64,000 nucleotides of DNA from an uncultured Eubacteriales bacterium. GTDB lineage: Bacteria; Bacillota; Clostridia; Lachnospirales; Vallitaleaceae. Where the stretch lies: the NCBI GenBank assembly GCA_964627665.1, contig CAZVKG010000011.1, positions 7,144-71,143 of the forward strand, in the 5' to 3' direction. Below the pieces are notes generated by a model that was given only the letters and a program-made list of their open reading frames with translations, was not told the origin of the DNA and ran no database searches. The translations under genes and the position numbers were made by a program. This document shows, in pieces, positions 1 to 9,496 of this stretch (its first letter is position 1; each line of letters begins with the position of its first letter).

Positions 1-667
1 CGATGTCCATTCCATGATAGGGATCGAAGAAGAAGTCTTTGAATATGCTGTGATAAAATTTGATCCGGCTCTACTTTTTGATTCTTCGTTTGATGCCTTC
101 CTTTTGAAAAATATGACACCGATTCTAAACCCCGTTCCACCTCAATATAAATATTTATGTCAAACAGAACTATCCACTGAATCAAAAAAAGATTACTTAG
201 CAATCATGGACCTTTTTTTATCTAAGCCATATGGTTATGAGCTTTTACTCAAATCCCACCTACTTCGACTCATCTTCCGTTTTTTCTCAAAACTGGAACA
301 TCAAGGTTTCCAACTTCTAAATAATCCTATGAATGACGTGGATATTTCACCGATTCTTCAAGCATTCGAATACATTCACGACCATTATGCGACCCAACTG
401 ACTGCCAAAGAGATTGCCGAGCATTGTCACATAAGTTATAGTTATTTTTCACGACTTTTCAAAAAAGTCTCCGGTATTTCTTTTTCAAAATATCTAAACT
501 TTGTTCGTATTACCGAGGCCGAAAAATTACTCCTAAGTCAGCAAAACAGTATAACCGATATCGGTTATACTGTGGGCTTTAATGATACCAGTTACTTTAT
601 CAAACAGTTTAAATCATTTAAACAGCTCACCCCAAAAGAATATCTAATCACGGTTTCCCATCACTAA
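1..667 (+). CDS. AraC-family transcriptional regulator (5'-truncated by window edge)
   Basis: C-terminal AraC double HTH (LTAKEIAEHCHISYSYFSRLFKK...ITDIGYTVGFNDTSYFIKQFK). The frame is open back to position 2 (DVHSM...), so the true start is outside the window. Confidence 0.9.
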   Translation, partial: DVHSMIGIEEEVFEYAVIKFDPALLFDSSFDAFLLKNMTPILNPVPPQYKYLCQTELSTESKKDYLAIMDLFLSKPYGYELLLKSHLLRLIFRFFSKLEHQGFQLLNNPMNDVDISPILQAFEYIHDHYATQLTAKEIAEHCHISYSYFSRLFKKVSGISFSKYLNFVRITEAEKLLLSQQNSITDIGYTVGFNDTSYFIKQFKSFKQLTPKEYLITVSHH

Positions 668-3254
668 TAAAACGTTGTCCCGGATTCTTGTCAAAATATT
701 CAATGTAATTATACATCCCAACATTATCCACATTCATTTCACTCGCACGAATTCTGGGGATACTAAGCGGGTTAAACCGTTCATCGAATGGTGAGTATGC
801 GGGATTCCAGCCAACGTTTAAAACAGCAATATTTTCATAAGAATGACTCTCATACTTACCATTTAAAAGCAACTTCTCCAACTCTTCATCAGAAGGACGT
901 TCACCATAAGGTAATGCTAATGTATTGACTTTATAGTCCTTGACACCAATGAGCTTTTCAAGATTTGCCGCATGTTTGCCAATGGCTTCTTGAATGCCTG
1001 CCGCATCTAGTTTCTTTAAACTTTTATGAGCCAAGGTATGATTATTAATATCCATACCGGCTTGAATGACTGTATCCACCTTCTTCTTTTCCAAATCCGG
1101 TTCGTCAAAAACCACCGGGCCGTCTGCAAAAAAAGTCGCTTCTAATGGAAAATCCGGATGCTCTTTGTGGAAGTCCATAAAAATCCCCACAAAGGAATCC
1201 GGAGCAATCTCGCCATCTTCCGTATAATAAAAATTATTCTTATTCGTGTCATCAATGGTAATCACCACCGGCGTATAGCCCGATTCCGTGGTGATATTGC
1301 CCGACGCGTAGTCTTTAAGGCTTATGGGCCGATACCCTTTCTCATAAAGGGTATCTAGGTCTTTTCTAAAGTTCTCAGGTGTTCGTGTCCATGTTGCCTC
1401 TTCATCACCAATGTTGTGATACATCAAAACCATAACACGCCCCATTTCATTGGGAACAAGGCCAAGAGGAAAGTCTTCCGGATTCAACCATTCAAGTTCC
1501 GGGCGGATGATTTTAAATACACCGTCTTCCATGGTGACACTATATTCTGCACTGACAAGTTCAGCTACGCCGGATGTTGACGTATAGGTCACATCAACTT
1601 TGGCTGTATAGTTTTCATCATCTACTTTTTGTACACTTAAAATATCATACGATTCGACTTTAATCTCTGATGCATCTAATTCTTCTGCAAAGTCGTCATA
1701 GTCTTCAGCTCGAGAATCTTTGGGCGTAAGGAGATATATTTGACTTTTTCGATCATAACGCTCCGCCGTCAAATACCGATCAAGAGCTTCTTTTGCTGTC
1801 CTTCCGACCATATCTTGCCCTTCTTTTGGAAAAGGTTGTCCAATGCGGTCATGGTAGAAGAAAATCATTGGATCATAGGTATTAACAGCATCCCATATAA
1901 TATACTCATCAATACCAAGTTCGGCTGCCGCAATGATTTGCTCTGCAATCGTCTCTGCATCATAGGAAATATTACCGGAAATCCAACCTGCCGTAAATCC
2001 TTGAATCCATGGCCGAATAATCCCCGGATTCTTTTGAGCACTATTTCTCTCGATTGATTCTTGTAATGCAATTCGCACAACATCATAAGGATGTTGGTCA
2101 GGTACTGGAAATCCATATACATTAGGTCCATAATGACTTGGGTAAATCATCGGACAAATATAATCGGATAAATTTGCCATCTTACGCCATGTCTGTCCAA
2201 TATCTTCCGGATGGTCATCCCATGAACGACTAGCTTGTGCAAATACATCAACAGAAATATGCACATTATAAGGATTTAACTCATTGTTCGCATAGATTAA
2301 AAAGTCTTCGATTCCTTCGTCTTTATCTCTAAGATTTCGTTCAGGGAAAAATGTAATTTCATTATATTTGGCTGCATTATCCGGGAATCGAACATAATCA
2401 AACTGAATCTCTTTGAAACCACGCAAGGCAGCTTCCTTAGAAACAGCAACAACATAGTCCCATACTGCCGGATCAAAGGGATTGACCCAAGCCGTTCCTT
2501 TATTATCACGATATGTTCCTCCTGCGATTAACTGAATCGTATGTTCCGGCTCATGTTCTGCATAATACGGGTCTTTAAAAGCAACTACTCGAGCAATTGT
2601 ATAGATCTCATTTTCATCTAAGTAGTTTAATAAGCGCTCATAATCTTTCATCGGTGCATTGATATGACTATTAATATCTTGAACTAGTTGAATATCACTT
2701 TTCCAACCAACATATCCATGATCATTTTTAACATCAATAACCAGAGCATTCACTTCCGTCGCCATACATATACCCAATATTTCTTCCAGACGATTGACAT
2801 CATTATTAAGACGTGTTTGATCAACCGCTTCTGTTGATTCTCCAGCTAAATAGCGAATGTGATCCGCATATAACTGAACATCCTCTTCATCAAAATTAAA
2901 ACCGGCAATATTACTTGTTACATATAATGCCTTCGCTTCTGCTGTCACAAGCTCCGGATTCAAATCATCTATGGAATCAATGGTCGGCAACGGTACATAG
3001 TAAGCTCCGTCCCTTTCCTTATTTATTGCATCTTGTTCATTGCGTTCTTCAATCGCCAACGCCAAAAGTTCTTCATCCGTTGGTTCCGGTTCAACTTCAG
3101 GCTCTGCTTCGACTTCTGATTCACTTTCATCTTCGTTCTGAGTATTCTCTGTCGACTCAGCTTCAGCATTGCCGGCAGTTTCTGAATCATTGTTACATGC
3201 TACAAAAAATAAACTCACTACAACTAATAAAACAATCCATTTAAGTTTTTTCAT
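648..3254 (-). CDS. Lipoprotein: putative glycoside hydrolase (DUF4015-type TIM barrel) fused to a polysaccharide deacetylase (NodB-like) domain
   Basis: Lipobox FFVAC and acidic linker. DUF4015-type motifs VIDVK, GFKEIQFDYVRFP, PMIYPSHY, RPWIQGF. C-terminal VLMYH, TIDD, NHTLAH, LALPYG deacetylase motifs. Confidence 0.8.
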   Translation of the reverse strand: MKKLKWIVLLVVVSLFFVACNNDSETAGNAEAESTENTQNEDESESEVEAEPEVEPEPTDEELLALAIEERNEQDAINKERDGAYYVPLPTIDSIDDLNPELVTAEAKALYVTSNIAGFNFDEEDVQLYADHIRYLAGESTEAVDQTRLNNDVNRLEEILGICMATEVNALVIDVKNDHGYVGWKSDIQLVQDINSHINAPMKDYERLLNYLDENEIYTIARVVAFKDPYYAEHEPEHTIQLIAGGTYRDNKGTAWVNPFDPAVWDYVVAVSKEAALRGFKEIQFDYVRFPDNAAKYNEITFFPERNLRDKDEGIEDFLIYANNELNPYNVHISVDVFAQASRSWDDHPEDIGQTWRKMANLSDYICPMIYPSHYGPNVYGFPVPDQHPYDVVRIALQESIERNSAQKNPGIIRPWIQGFTAGWISGNISYDAETIAEQIIAAAELGIDEYIIWDAVNTYDPMIFFYHDRIGQPFPKEGQDMVGRTAKEALDRYLTAERYDRKSQIYLLTPKDSRAEDYDDFAEELDASEIKVESYDILSVQKVDDENYTAKVDVTYTSTSGVAELVSAEYSVTMEDGVFKIIRPELEWLNPEDFPLGLVPNEMGRVMVLMYHNIGDEEATWTRTPENFRKDLDTLYEKGYRPISLKDYASGNITTESGYTPVVITIDDTNKNNFYYTEDGEIAPDSFVGIFMDFHKEHPDFPLEATFFADGPVVFDEPDLEKKKVDTVIQAGMDINNHTLAHKSLKKLDAAGIQEAIGKHAANLEKLIGVKDYKVNTLALPYGERPSDEELEKLLLNGKYESHSYENIAVLNVGWNPAYSPFDERFNPLSIPRIRASEMNVDNVGMYNYIEYFDKNPGQRFISDGKP

Positions 3255-3350
3255 TATACATCCTCTTCGTTGTTCTTTTTTTGTTATTTGTCTAGTTTGT
3301 TTGTCTTATTTAGTCTAACATATATACAGGTAAAATCAATATGTATTTTA

Positions 3351-4397
3351 CTATTCTCGGTAAACATCCTCTCTCCTGTGGAACCCATCCTCAATAACTG
3401 TTTCATCTAGGGTCTCTTTGGTAACGGAAAGAACATCCAGTTGAATATAAGGGACATCTGCTTCACCATTATAAATCGTTTGATTAACGGTTGGTTGTTG
3501 ACCTTTTGCAAACTGAATTGCCAAATTAACCGCGGCTTCTGCTAAAGTACGAATCGGTTTGTAGACGGTCATATGTTGAGTCCCTTCAACAATGCGTTGA
3601 CATGCAGATATATCCGCGTCATGTCCTGCAACATAAACTTTACCGGCTAATCCTTCTTCTGCTAATGCCCGAATGGCCGCTTCTGCCAATCGGTCATTTG
3701 CTCCGATAATCGCATCAATTTGTTGACCTTCATCTAATAATCGTGCAATCAAATCATAGGCCGGCTCTTCTCTCCAATCTTCTGCATAGATTTCTTCAAT
3801 AATATGTATCTTTCCTTTTTCAATTTCTGAAGTCAAGACATTCATATATCCTTCGTTAAACATATATGAATTGTTATCATCCGGTGACCCATTAATAATC
3901 ACATAATTTCCCTTTGGCACATGTTCAAGCAATTCACCTGCCATGAGTTCACCGACTTTCACATTATCAAAAGAAATATAAGCATCAATTTCAACATTAC
4001 GAATAAGCCGATCATATGCAATTACTTTTATTCCTGCTTGTCTTGCCTCCTTAATAACCTCTGACAAACCATCACGATCATATGGCACGACAACTAATAC
4101 ATCCACTTCTTTTTCAATCAGAAGTTGTATCTGTTGTATTTGCGTCGCATTATTTTCATTTGCATTATAAACAAGCACTTCTGCGCCTTGCTTTGTTGCA
4201 TTTGCACGAAAGATTTCCTGATCTCTTTGCCATCGTTCAATCACAAGGTTATCTGACAAATATCCTATAGTAATTGTCTCTTGATCAGCTTTGATCTTTT
4301 CTTGATGATCTTTGTATATTGATATCCCAATAGCACTTATAATAAGTAAACCAATCGTTAAAACGAATACTTGCTTTTTCTTTTTACTTAGCTTCAT
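3351..4397 (-). CDS. XylF-like sugar-binding periplasmic-type protein (membrane-anchored)
   Basis: ERWQRD, VIAYDRLI, YISFDNVKVG, GSPDDNN, QHMTVYKPI motifs typical of D-xylose-binding XylF/ChvE; N-terminal hydrophobic anchor. Confidence 0.85.
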   Translation of the reverse strand: MKLSKKKKQVFVLTIGLLIISAIGISIYKDHQEKIKADQETITIGYLSDNLVIERWQRDQEIFRANATKQGAEVLVYNANENNATQIQQIQLLIEKEVDVLVVVPYDRDGLSEVIKEARQAGIKVIAYDRLIRNVEIDAYISFDNVKVGELMAGELLEHVPKGNYVIINGSPDDNNSYMFNEGYMNVLTSEIEKGKIHIIEEIYAEDWREEPAYDLIARLLDEGQQIDAIIGANDRLAEAAIRALAEEGLAGKVYVAGHDADISACQRIVEGTQHMTVYKPIRTLAEAAVNLAIQFAKGQQPTVNQTIYNGEADVPYIQLDVLSVTKETLDETVIEDGFHRREDVYRE

Positions 4398-4408
4398 TTT
4401 ACCCCACC

Positions 4409-6004
4409 TTACTTGTAATCTGTTGGTGTTACGCCTACAAGCTTTTTGAATAACCGGCTAAAATAATTCGGATCATTATAACCGATCTCATAACAAATTT
4501 CTTTTACAGAATACTTTTTTGTTTTTAACATTTCTTTTGCAACTTCAATACGCTTTGACCGAACATATTCGACAAAAGTAATCCCAATCTCCTCTTTAAA
4601 AATCTTACTGAAATATTGCGGACTCACTGCCACCTCCTTCGAAATATCATTTAAACCAATTTCTTCACTATAATGTTGATCAATATAACTTTTTGCTGAC
4701 ATAACAATATCAGAAATATGCTGCACCCGCGTGTCTTGTAAGAGACGTGTTATATACTGTACTTTTCCTATACACCAGTTCACAAGTTCTGAGAAGGTAT
4801 CCATGCGTCGAATTTCAGTTAGATAGGTCGAATATCCCACTTTGGCCTCATTCAGGTTATTTTTATAGGATGTACTTAAAACCATAACCATTAACTCCAT
4901 CGCAATACTCATCACATCTTCTAAATTACCATGAAATTTTGTGTGAATTTTTGATAGAAAACTTTGGATCTCTTTTGCTACTAATCCCTCATTACCACTC
5001 TCAATAAGTTGAACAATCATTGTTTCGTCTTCTTTTATATCCACATATGTATATTCTTTTTCATTACCTTCAAGAGCAAAGATATCATTTACATGTATAA
5101 TTTCTTCATTAATATTTCTCGATAATGCTTGATTCGCTTCTTCAAGAGAATTCTTGATTTTATCAAGACGATAACAGGAGCCAATACCCACGCAAATATG
5201 ACTGTCCACATAACTACGTATACTTGCTATAATCGATTCAGTCAAATGAATGGCTTTTATTCGTTGCTGATACTCGTTGTCTGTTTCCTCTTCTAACACA
5301 ATGACAATCATCCGATTAATGACAAGGGGCCCTACAATAGATTTACATTTGTATTTGATTTCATTTTGTACTTTAGGATAAAAGGTTTGTCCTTTTACGC
5401 CTGCACCGATTCGATTGCTTAGCTTATCATCACCATCTTTTTCACCAAATTCAAAAATCATCACATAGCCATAATCTTGGTCAATCGTAAACAATTCTTC
5501 ATAACGAAACAGTTCTTCCCGGTAGTCTGTATTTAGAAGTAAAGAATAGACAAAACCATGCTCTAAGACAGGAATAATCTTCTCCAGCTTCTCCCTGTTC
5601 TCCATTTCTAGGGCACGTTGGTTTCGCTCTTCATCAATTTCTCCCATGATTTTATGAAGTACTTTTAATAATTTTTCTTGATTAATTGGTTTAAGAATAT
5701 AATCACTGACGCCCAATTCAACCGCTTGTTTCGCATATTCAAATTGCTCATAGGCAGATATAATAACAAAGCGAACACTTGGATAACGTTTTTTAATGGT
5801 CTCAATTGCCTCAATACCATTTATGCCGGGCATTTTTATATCCATCAAAATAACATCCGGAATCACTTGATTAGTCGCTTCAATAGCTTCTCGACCCGAA
5901 CTGGCTGTTGCAACAATATTAACTTTTGAAAAATTGTCTTCAATGATAAATTTAATACCTTCTAGGACAATTTGTTCATCATCAGCAATCATAATTTTAT
6001 ACAT
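4409..6004 (-). CDS. YesN/AraC-family two-component response regulator
   Basis: N-terminal receiver (IADDE, DIKMPG, YILKP) and C-terminal AraC HTH (GYNDPNYFSRLFKK). Confidence 0.95.
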   Translation of the reverse strand: MYKIMIADDEQIVLEGIKFIIEDNFSKVNIVATASSGREAIEATNQVIPDVILMDIKMPGINGIEAIETIKKRYPSVRFVIISAYEQFEYAKQAVELGVSDYILKPINQEKLLKVLHKIMGEIDEERNQRALEMENREKLEKIIPVLEHGFVYSLLLNTDYREELFRYEELFTIDQDYGYVMIFEFGEKDGDDKLSNRIGAGVKGQTFYPKVQNEIKYKCKSIVGPLVINRMIVIVLEEETDNEYQQRIKAIHLTESIIASIRSYVDSHICVGIGSCYRLDKIKNSLEEANQALSRNINEEIIHVNDIFALEGNEKEYTYVDIKEDETMIVQLIESGNEGLVAKEIQSFLSKIHTKFHGNLEDVMSIAMELMVMVLSTSYKNNLNEAKVGYSTYLTEIRRMDTFSELVNWCIGKVQYITRLLQDTRVQHISDIVMSAKSYIDQHYSEEIGLNDISKEVAVSPQYFSKIFKEEIGITFVEYVRSKRIEVAKEMLKTKKYSVKEICYEIGYNDPNYFSRLFKKLVGVTPTDYK

Positions 6005-6008
6005 AGTT

Positions 6009-7469
6009 TCACTCCATATTTAGCGGGATTTTTATTGTTATTTTTACACCGTGTCCGACTTCACTTTCGACAAAGAACAGATTTTGTTGATGATAAAATA
6101 ACTCGAGACGATCACGCACATTTTTAATACCGATTCCCGAATTATTGGATAGGATTTCTTGTATTCTTTCCGTCGTCATCCCAACACCTGTATCGTGAAC
6201 GATAATCTCAACAAAGGGGACGTTTTTATGAACATCAATAAAAATCTTCCCCCCTTCTTCTAATCCACTTAATCCATGTATATAGGCATTTTCTACAATA
6301 GGTTGTAAAATGAGTTGCGGAACCTTGACATTGGTAACTTCGGAATCAATGTGAAATTCAAATTGAATCCGCTGGCCAAAACGTACTTTTAATAACTCAT
6401 AATAATCTTTAATATTATTAATCTCTTCGTCCAATGTACAATGTGTATCCATTTTTTGAATATTATAGCGAAACAATCTCGACATTGTCTCCAAAAAATT
6501 ACCGGTTTTCGGAGCTCGTTCAAGTATTGACAACTGGACACCGGCATTAATGGTATTAAACATAAAATGTGGATTAATCTGTGACTGAAGAGCATATAAT
6601 CTAGCATTATCTAATAAATGTTCCATTTTTACATTCTTAAGTTGCTCATCCTTCAGCTTAGCTTCCGTTTCTGCTTGCGTTTTTAACTCATCTACATATT
6701 CACTGATACTATTTTTCATCTTATTAAAAGCGGCGGCCAAGAGTAAAAACTCATCTTCAGAGTCTACATACACATCCGGTGTTTGAAAATTTCCTTTTGC
6801 AATCTCTTCAGCTGCATCCGATAAATGCGTAATCGGTCGAACCATTCGCGCAGTAATATAATAGACGACTGTAAATGCAATCAAAACCAAAACAATAACA
6901 ATAATATAGGTAATCGATTGTAATAAACGGATTTGATTGACTAAATCTAAGTAAGCTTTTGAATTTCTGTTTAACTGCTTATTATTTAATTGATCAATAT
7001 AATCAAAAATATATCCTTTAATCTCAACACTGTATTCATAATGCTCGTAGTATTTTTCCACATTTCGAAGTCGTTTATAGCCAATAGCTTCATTGCTTTG
7101 TTCCAAATAAGCCTCCACAAGGTGGACAATATTTTTCATCATCAAATCTTCATCATTATATATTTGCTCATCCACCTGACTAATATCACCTTGCAGCTGC
7201 TCCACGCCAATCAAAAAATTATTCAGTCGAGTTGAACTTTTTGACGTCAAAAAGCCTAATAAGTCGGCATCAAGACCATTCATATTTGACTCAACTTCAG
7301 ATAAATAGATATGTTTTTCAAACATTGCTTGAATTTGGCCTTTATATCGCTCCATAATGCTTAGAGAATACATGCTTAATATTGCCATTAAAAGAATGAT
7401 TCCTAGGGAATAGAGCATCATGTTATTCTTAATTGAACCAAATTTATTGAGTTTTGACATTTTCTTCAC
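6009..7469 (-). CDS. LytS/YesM-family sensor histidine kinase
   Basis: Two TM helices, HAMP, ALQSQINPHFMFNTIN H-box, LQPIVENA, DTGVGM, SGIGIKNV. Confidence 0.95.
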   Translation of the reverse strand: MKKMSKLNKFGSIKNNMMLYSLGIILLMAILSMYSLSIMERYKGQIQAMFEKHIYLSEVESNMNGLDADLLGFLTSKSSTRLNNFLIGVEQLQGDISQVDEQIYNDEDLMMKNIVHLVEAYLEQSNEAIGYKRLRNVEKYYEHYEYSVEIKGYIFDYIDQLNNKQLNRNSKAYLDLVNQIRLLQSITYIIVIVLVLIAFTVVYYITARMVRPITHLSDAAEEIAKGNFQTPDVYVDSEDEFLLLAAAFNKMKNSISEYVDELKTQAETEAKLKDEQLKNVKMEHLLDNARLYALQSQINPHFMFNTINAGVQLSILERAPKTGNFLETMSRLFRYNIQKMDTHCTLDEEINNIKDYYELLKVRFGQRIQFEFHIDSEVTNVKVPQLILQPIVENAYIHGLSGLEEGGKIFIDVHKNVPFVEIIVHDTGVGMTTERIQEILSNNSGIGIKNVRDRLELFYHQQNLFFVESEVGHGVKITIKIPLNME

Positions 7470-8493
7470 TCTTTTCTAACAAAATAGTATCAACATTGCT
7501 TTGATCAATCACTTGAATGGATGTATTAAAATAATTGCTTACAAAAGCACTGGTCTTATACTCATAAAAAGCAGCAATTGCTTTTTTTCCTATATCATTG
7601 TAATCAGTAACGATTGAGGCTTCAATAATATTACCTTTTTTGATGCTATCAAGAATTTCCACTTCATCTCCATACCCGACTAAGCTTACCTGACTAACTA
7701 AGTTGTTATCGACAAGAACTTGTATAACACCCAGGGTGTTGGACGTATTCGTACAAAAAATTCCATTAATGTCCGGATTCTCTTTCATTAAATTCGTTGC
7801 AATTATTTCTGCACTTAAAACACCTTCTTCCGTATAGAGAACATGTTCTAATGTTATATTCGGATATTTTTTGAGAATATCATTAAATCCTAACACCAAC
7901 AGACTATCATTAATATCTGCATATTCTTCATAACTTCTGGGTTCAATAACAGCTATTTTTCCTGAAGTTCCAAGGGATTTAATCATTTCCTGAGCAGCAA
8001 TCTCTCCGATTGTATAACGGTTCACACCGACATAAGTAATCCTTTGACTTGACGGCAAATCTTCATTCATTGTTATCACCGGAATACCGGCCAATGACAA
8101 CTCATCAATCATTGCTATTACTTCGTCATCATAATAGGCATGAATAATTAAACCATCCACTTTGTTATACATAGCCAACTGCATATTTTCAATCAGTTGA
8201 TCTCGATAATTGGCCCCTTCAATGGAAATAATCTCTGTAGCAACACGATACATTTCGCTTTCTTCTTCAACACCACGAATAAATTCTTCACTATAGGTTT
8301 GATTTGATCCGTCAATTAAGATCATCACATGATAATCTGCATTCTCTTTTGATGTCCAATAATACTCGTCCGCTGATGATTTTGTTAACTGATAGGATAT
8401 ATAAAATCCAGCAAACAATGCTGCACTTAATGTTATGATCAAAATACCCATGACCCAAAAAAATAGTCGTTTATTATTAATTTTATTTGACAT
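7444..8493 (-). CDS. Sugar-binding (Peripla_BP type 1) sensory protein, XylFII-like
   Basis: N-terminal TM helix; KVDGLII, GIPVITMNED, YVGVNRY, NPDINGIF. Start placed at ATG 8493 after AAGGAG RBS. Overlaps the kinase start. Confidence 0.8.
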   Translation of the reverse strand: MSNKINNKRLFFWVMGILIITLSAALFAGFYISYQLTKSSADEYYWTSKENADYHVMILIDGSNQTYSEEFIRGVEEESEMYRVATEIISIEGANYRDQLIENMQLAMYNKVDGLIIHAYYDDEVIAMIDELSLAGIPVITMNEDLPSSQRITYVGVNRYTIGEIAAQEMIKSLGTSGKIAVIEPRSYEEYADINDSLLVLGFNDILKKYPNITLEHVLYTEEGVLSAEIIATNLMKENPDINGIFCTNTSNTLGVIQVLVDNNLVSQVSLVGYGDEVEILDSIKKGNIIEASIVTDYNDIGKKAIAAFYEYKTSAFVSNYFNTSIQVIDQSNVDTILLEKSEENVKTQ

Positions 8494-8621
8494 ATATTCG
8501 CTCCTTAAACTACTTACCTCTTTCATTTTAACATGGAAATACAAGACAAAATTAATCGATATTAGCATTTTTTTATGTTATGATAGGATTTGAATATACA
8601 AAGAATCGATTGGAGATAGCC

Positions 8622-9032
8622 ATGAACTTTACAATTATTTATCAGGAAAAAAAACTACTTCCTTTTTATACACACGCTTTAAAAGAATATCACAAACGTT
8701 TGCAACGTTACTGTAAAATCCAACGACTGTCTTGTTCATCGACGTCCGATATTCTCAAAAAAATAAATAGCAACTCATATGTCATCGGAGTTACTATACA
8801 AGAATCCACACATACGTCTGAAGCCCTAGCCAATTATTTTTCTCGACTTGCAGTAACCGGTCAATCACGTGTCCAGTTTATTATCAATCCATCTAATGAA
8901 CTTCTTAAACACTGTGATGATTGCATTGCACTTTCACCCTTAACACAGAATACCGGATTAATCTTAACCATTCTTTACGAACAAATCTACCGTTCATATC
9001 GGATAAATCTAAACCAGGCCTATCACAAATAA
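8622..9032 (+). CDS. RlmH-like SPOUT protein (degenerate: keeps EYxKRL and EQIYR...YHK, lacks the GGxxG and TFPH motifs)
   Basis: EYHKRLQRYCKI, TSEALA, ILYEQIYRSYRINLNQAYHK. GGAG RBS precedes ATG 8622. Confidence 0.8.
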   Translation: MNFTIIYQEKKLLPFYTHALKEYHKRLQRYCKIQRLSCSSTSDILKKINSNSYVIGVTIQESTHTSEALANYFSRLAVTGQSRVQFIINPSNELLKHCDDCIALSPLTQNTGLILTILYEQIYRSYRINLNQAYHK

Positions 9033-9481
9033 GGCGCTATTTCTGCAAGTTTCTCCGACAAAATAAGGCGCATAAGTTGATGGGGAAAGGTCATTTGAGA
9101 AAAAGATATTGATAGATTCGACCGCTTTAAAACATAATCACTCAAACCAAGGGATCCACCAATCACAAAACAAAGCTTTTCTTTATTGAATTGCTTTGCT
9201 TTTTTTAAGGCTCTGATCAAGCCTTCTGTTGTCAATTCGCTTCCTAGTATTTCCAAGGTAATCACATACATATCTTCTTTTATATAATGAAGTAAAGCTA
9301 ATCCTTCTTTGTCTTTTATTTGTATCTCCATTGATTTCGACAAATTTTCAGGGGCTTTTTCATCTGGGATTTCAATAAGGAAAATCGGAAGACACTTTCT
9401 AATCGCTTGCACATAATGTTCAATACCGGATCTTAAATACTTTTCTTTAATTTTACCCACACATACAATCGTTATTTCCAC
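9023..9481 (-). CDS. rlmH: 23S rRNA (pseudouridine1915-N3)-methyltransferase RlmH-like protein (lacks the conserved C-terminal tail)
   Basis: VGKIKEKY, EIPDEKAP, FVIGGSLGL, SFSQMTFPHQLMRLIL. Ends ...SEKLAEIAPYL instead of EQIYRA...PYHK. Confidence 0.85.
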   Translation of the reverse strand: MEITIVCVGKIKEKYLRSGIEHYVQAIRKCLPIFLIEIPDEKAPENLSKSMEIQIKDKEGLALLHYIKEDMYVITLEILGSELTTEGLIRALKKAKQFNKEKLCFVIGGSLGLSDYVLKRSNLSISFSQMTFPHQLMRLILSEKLAEIAPYL

Positions 9482-9496
9482 ATAATCCTCTTTTCC

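Noticed and set aside
9000-9075. Frameshift or island insertion (attB at the rlmH 3' end) explaining the truncated RlmH tail
   Set aside because: The alternative frames I read do not give EQIYR/YHK and no mobile genes are adjacent. An 11-bp direct repeat (aaataaggcgc) is present but too short to interpret.
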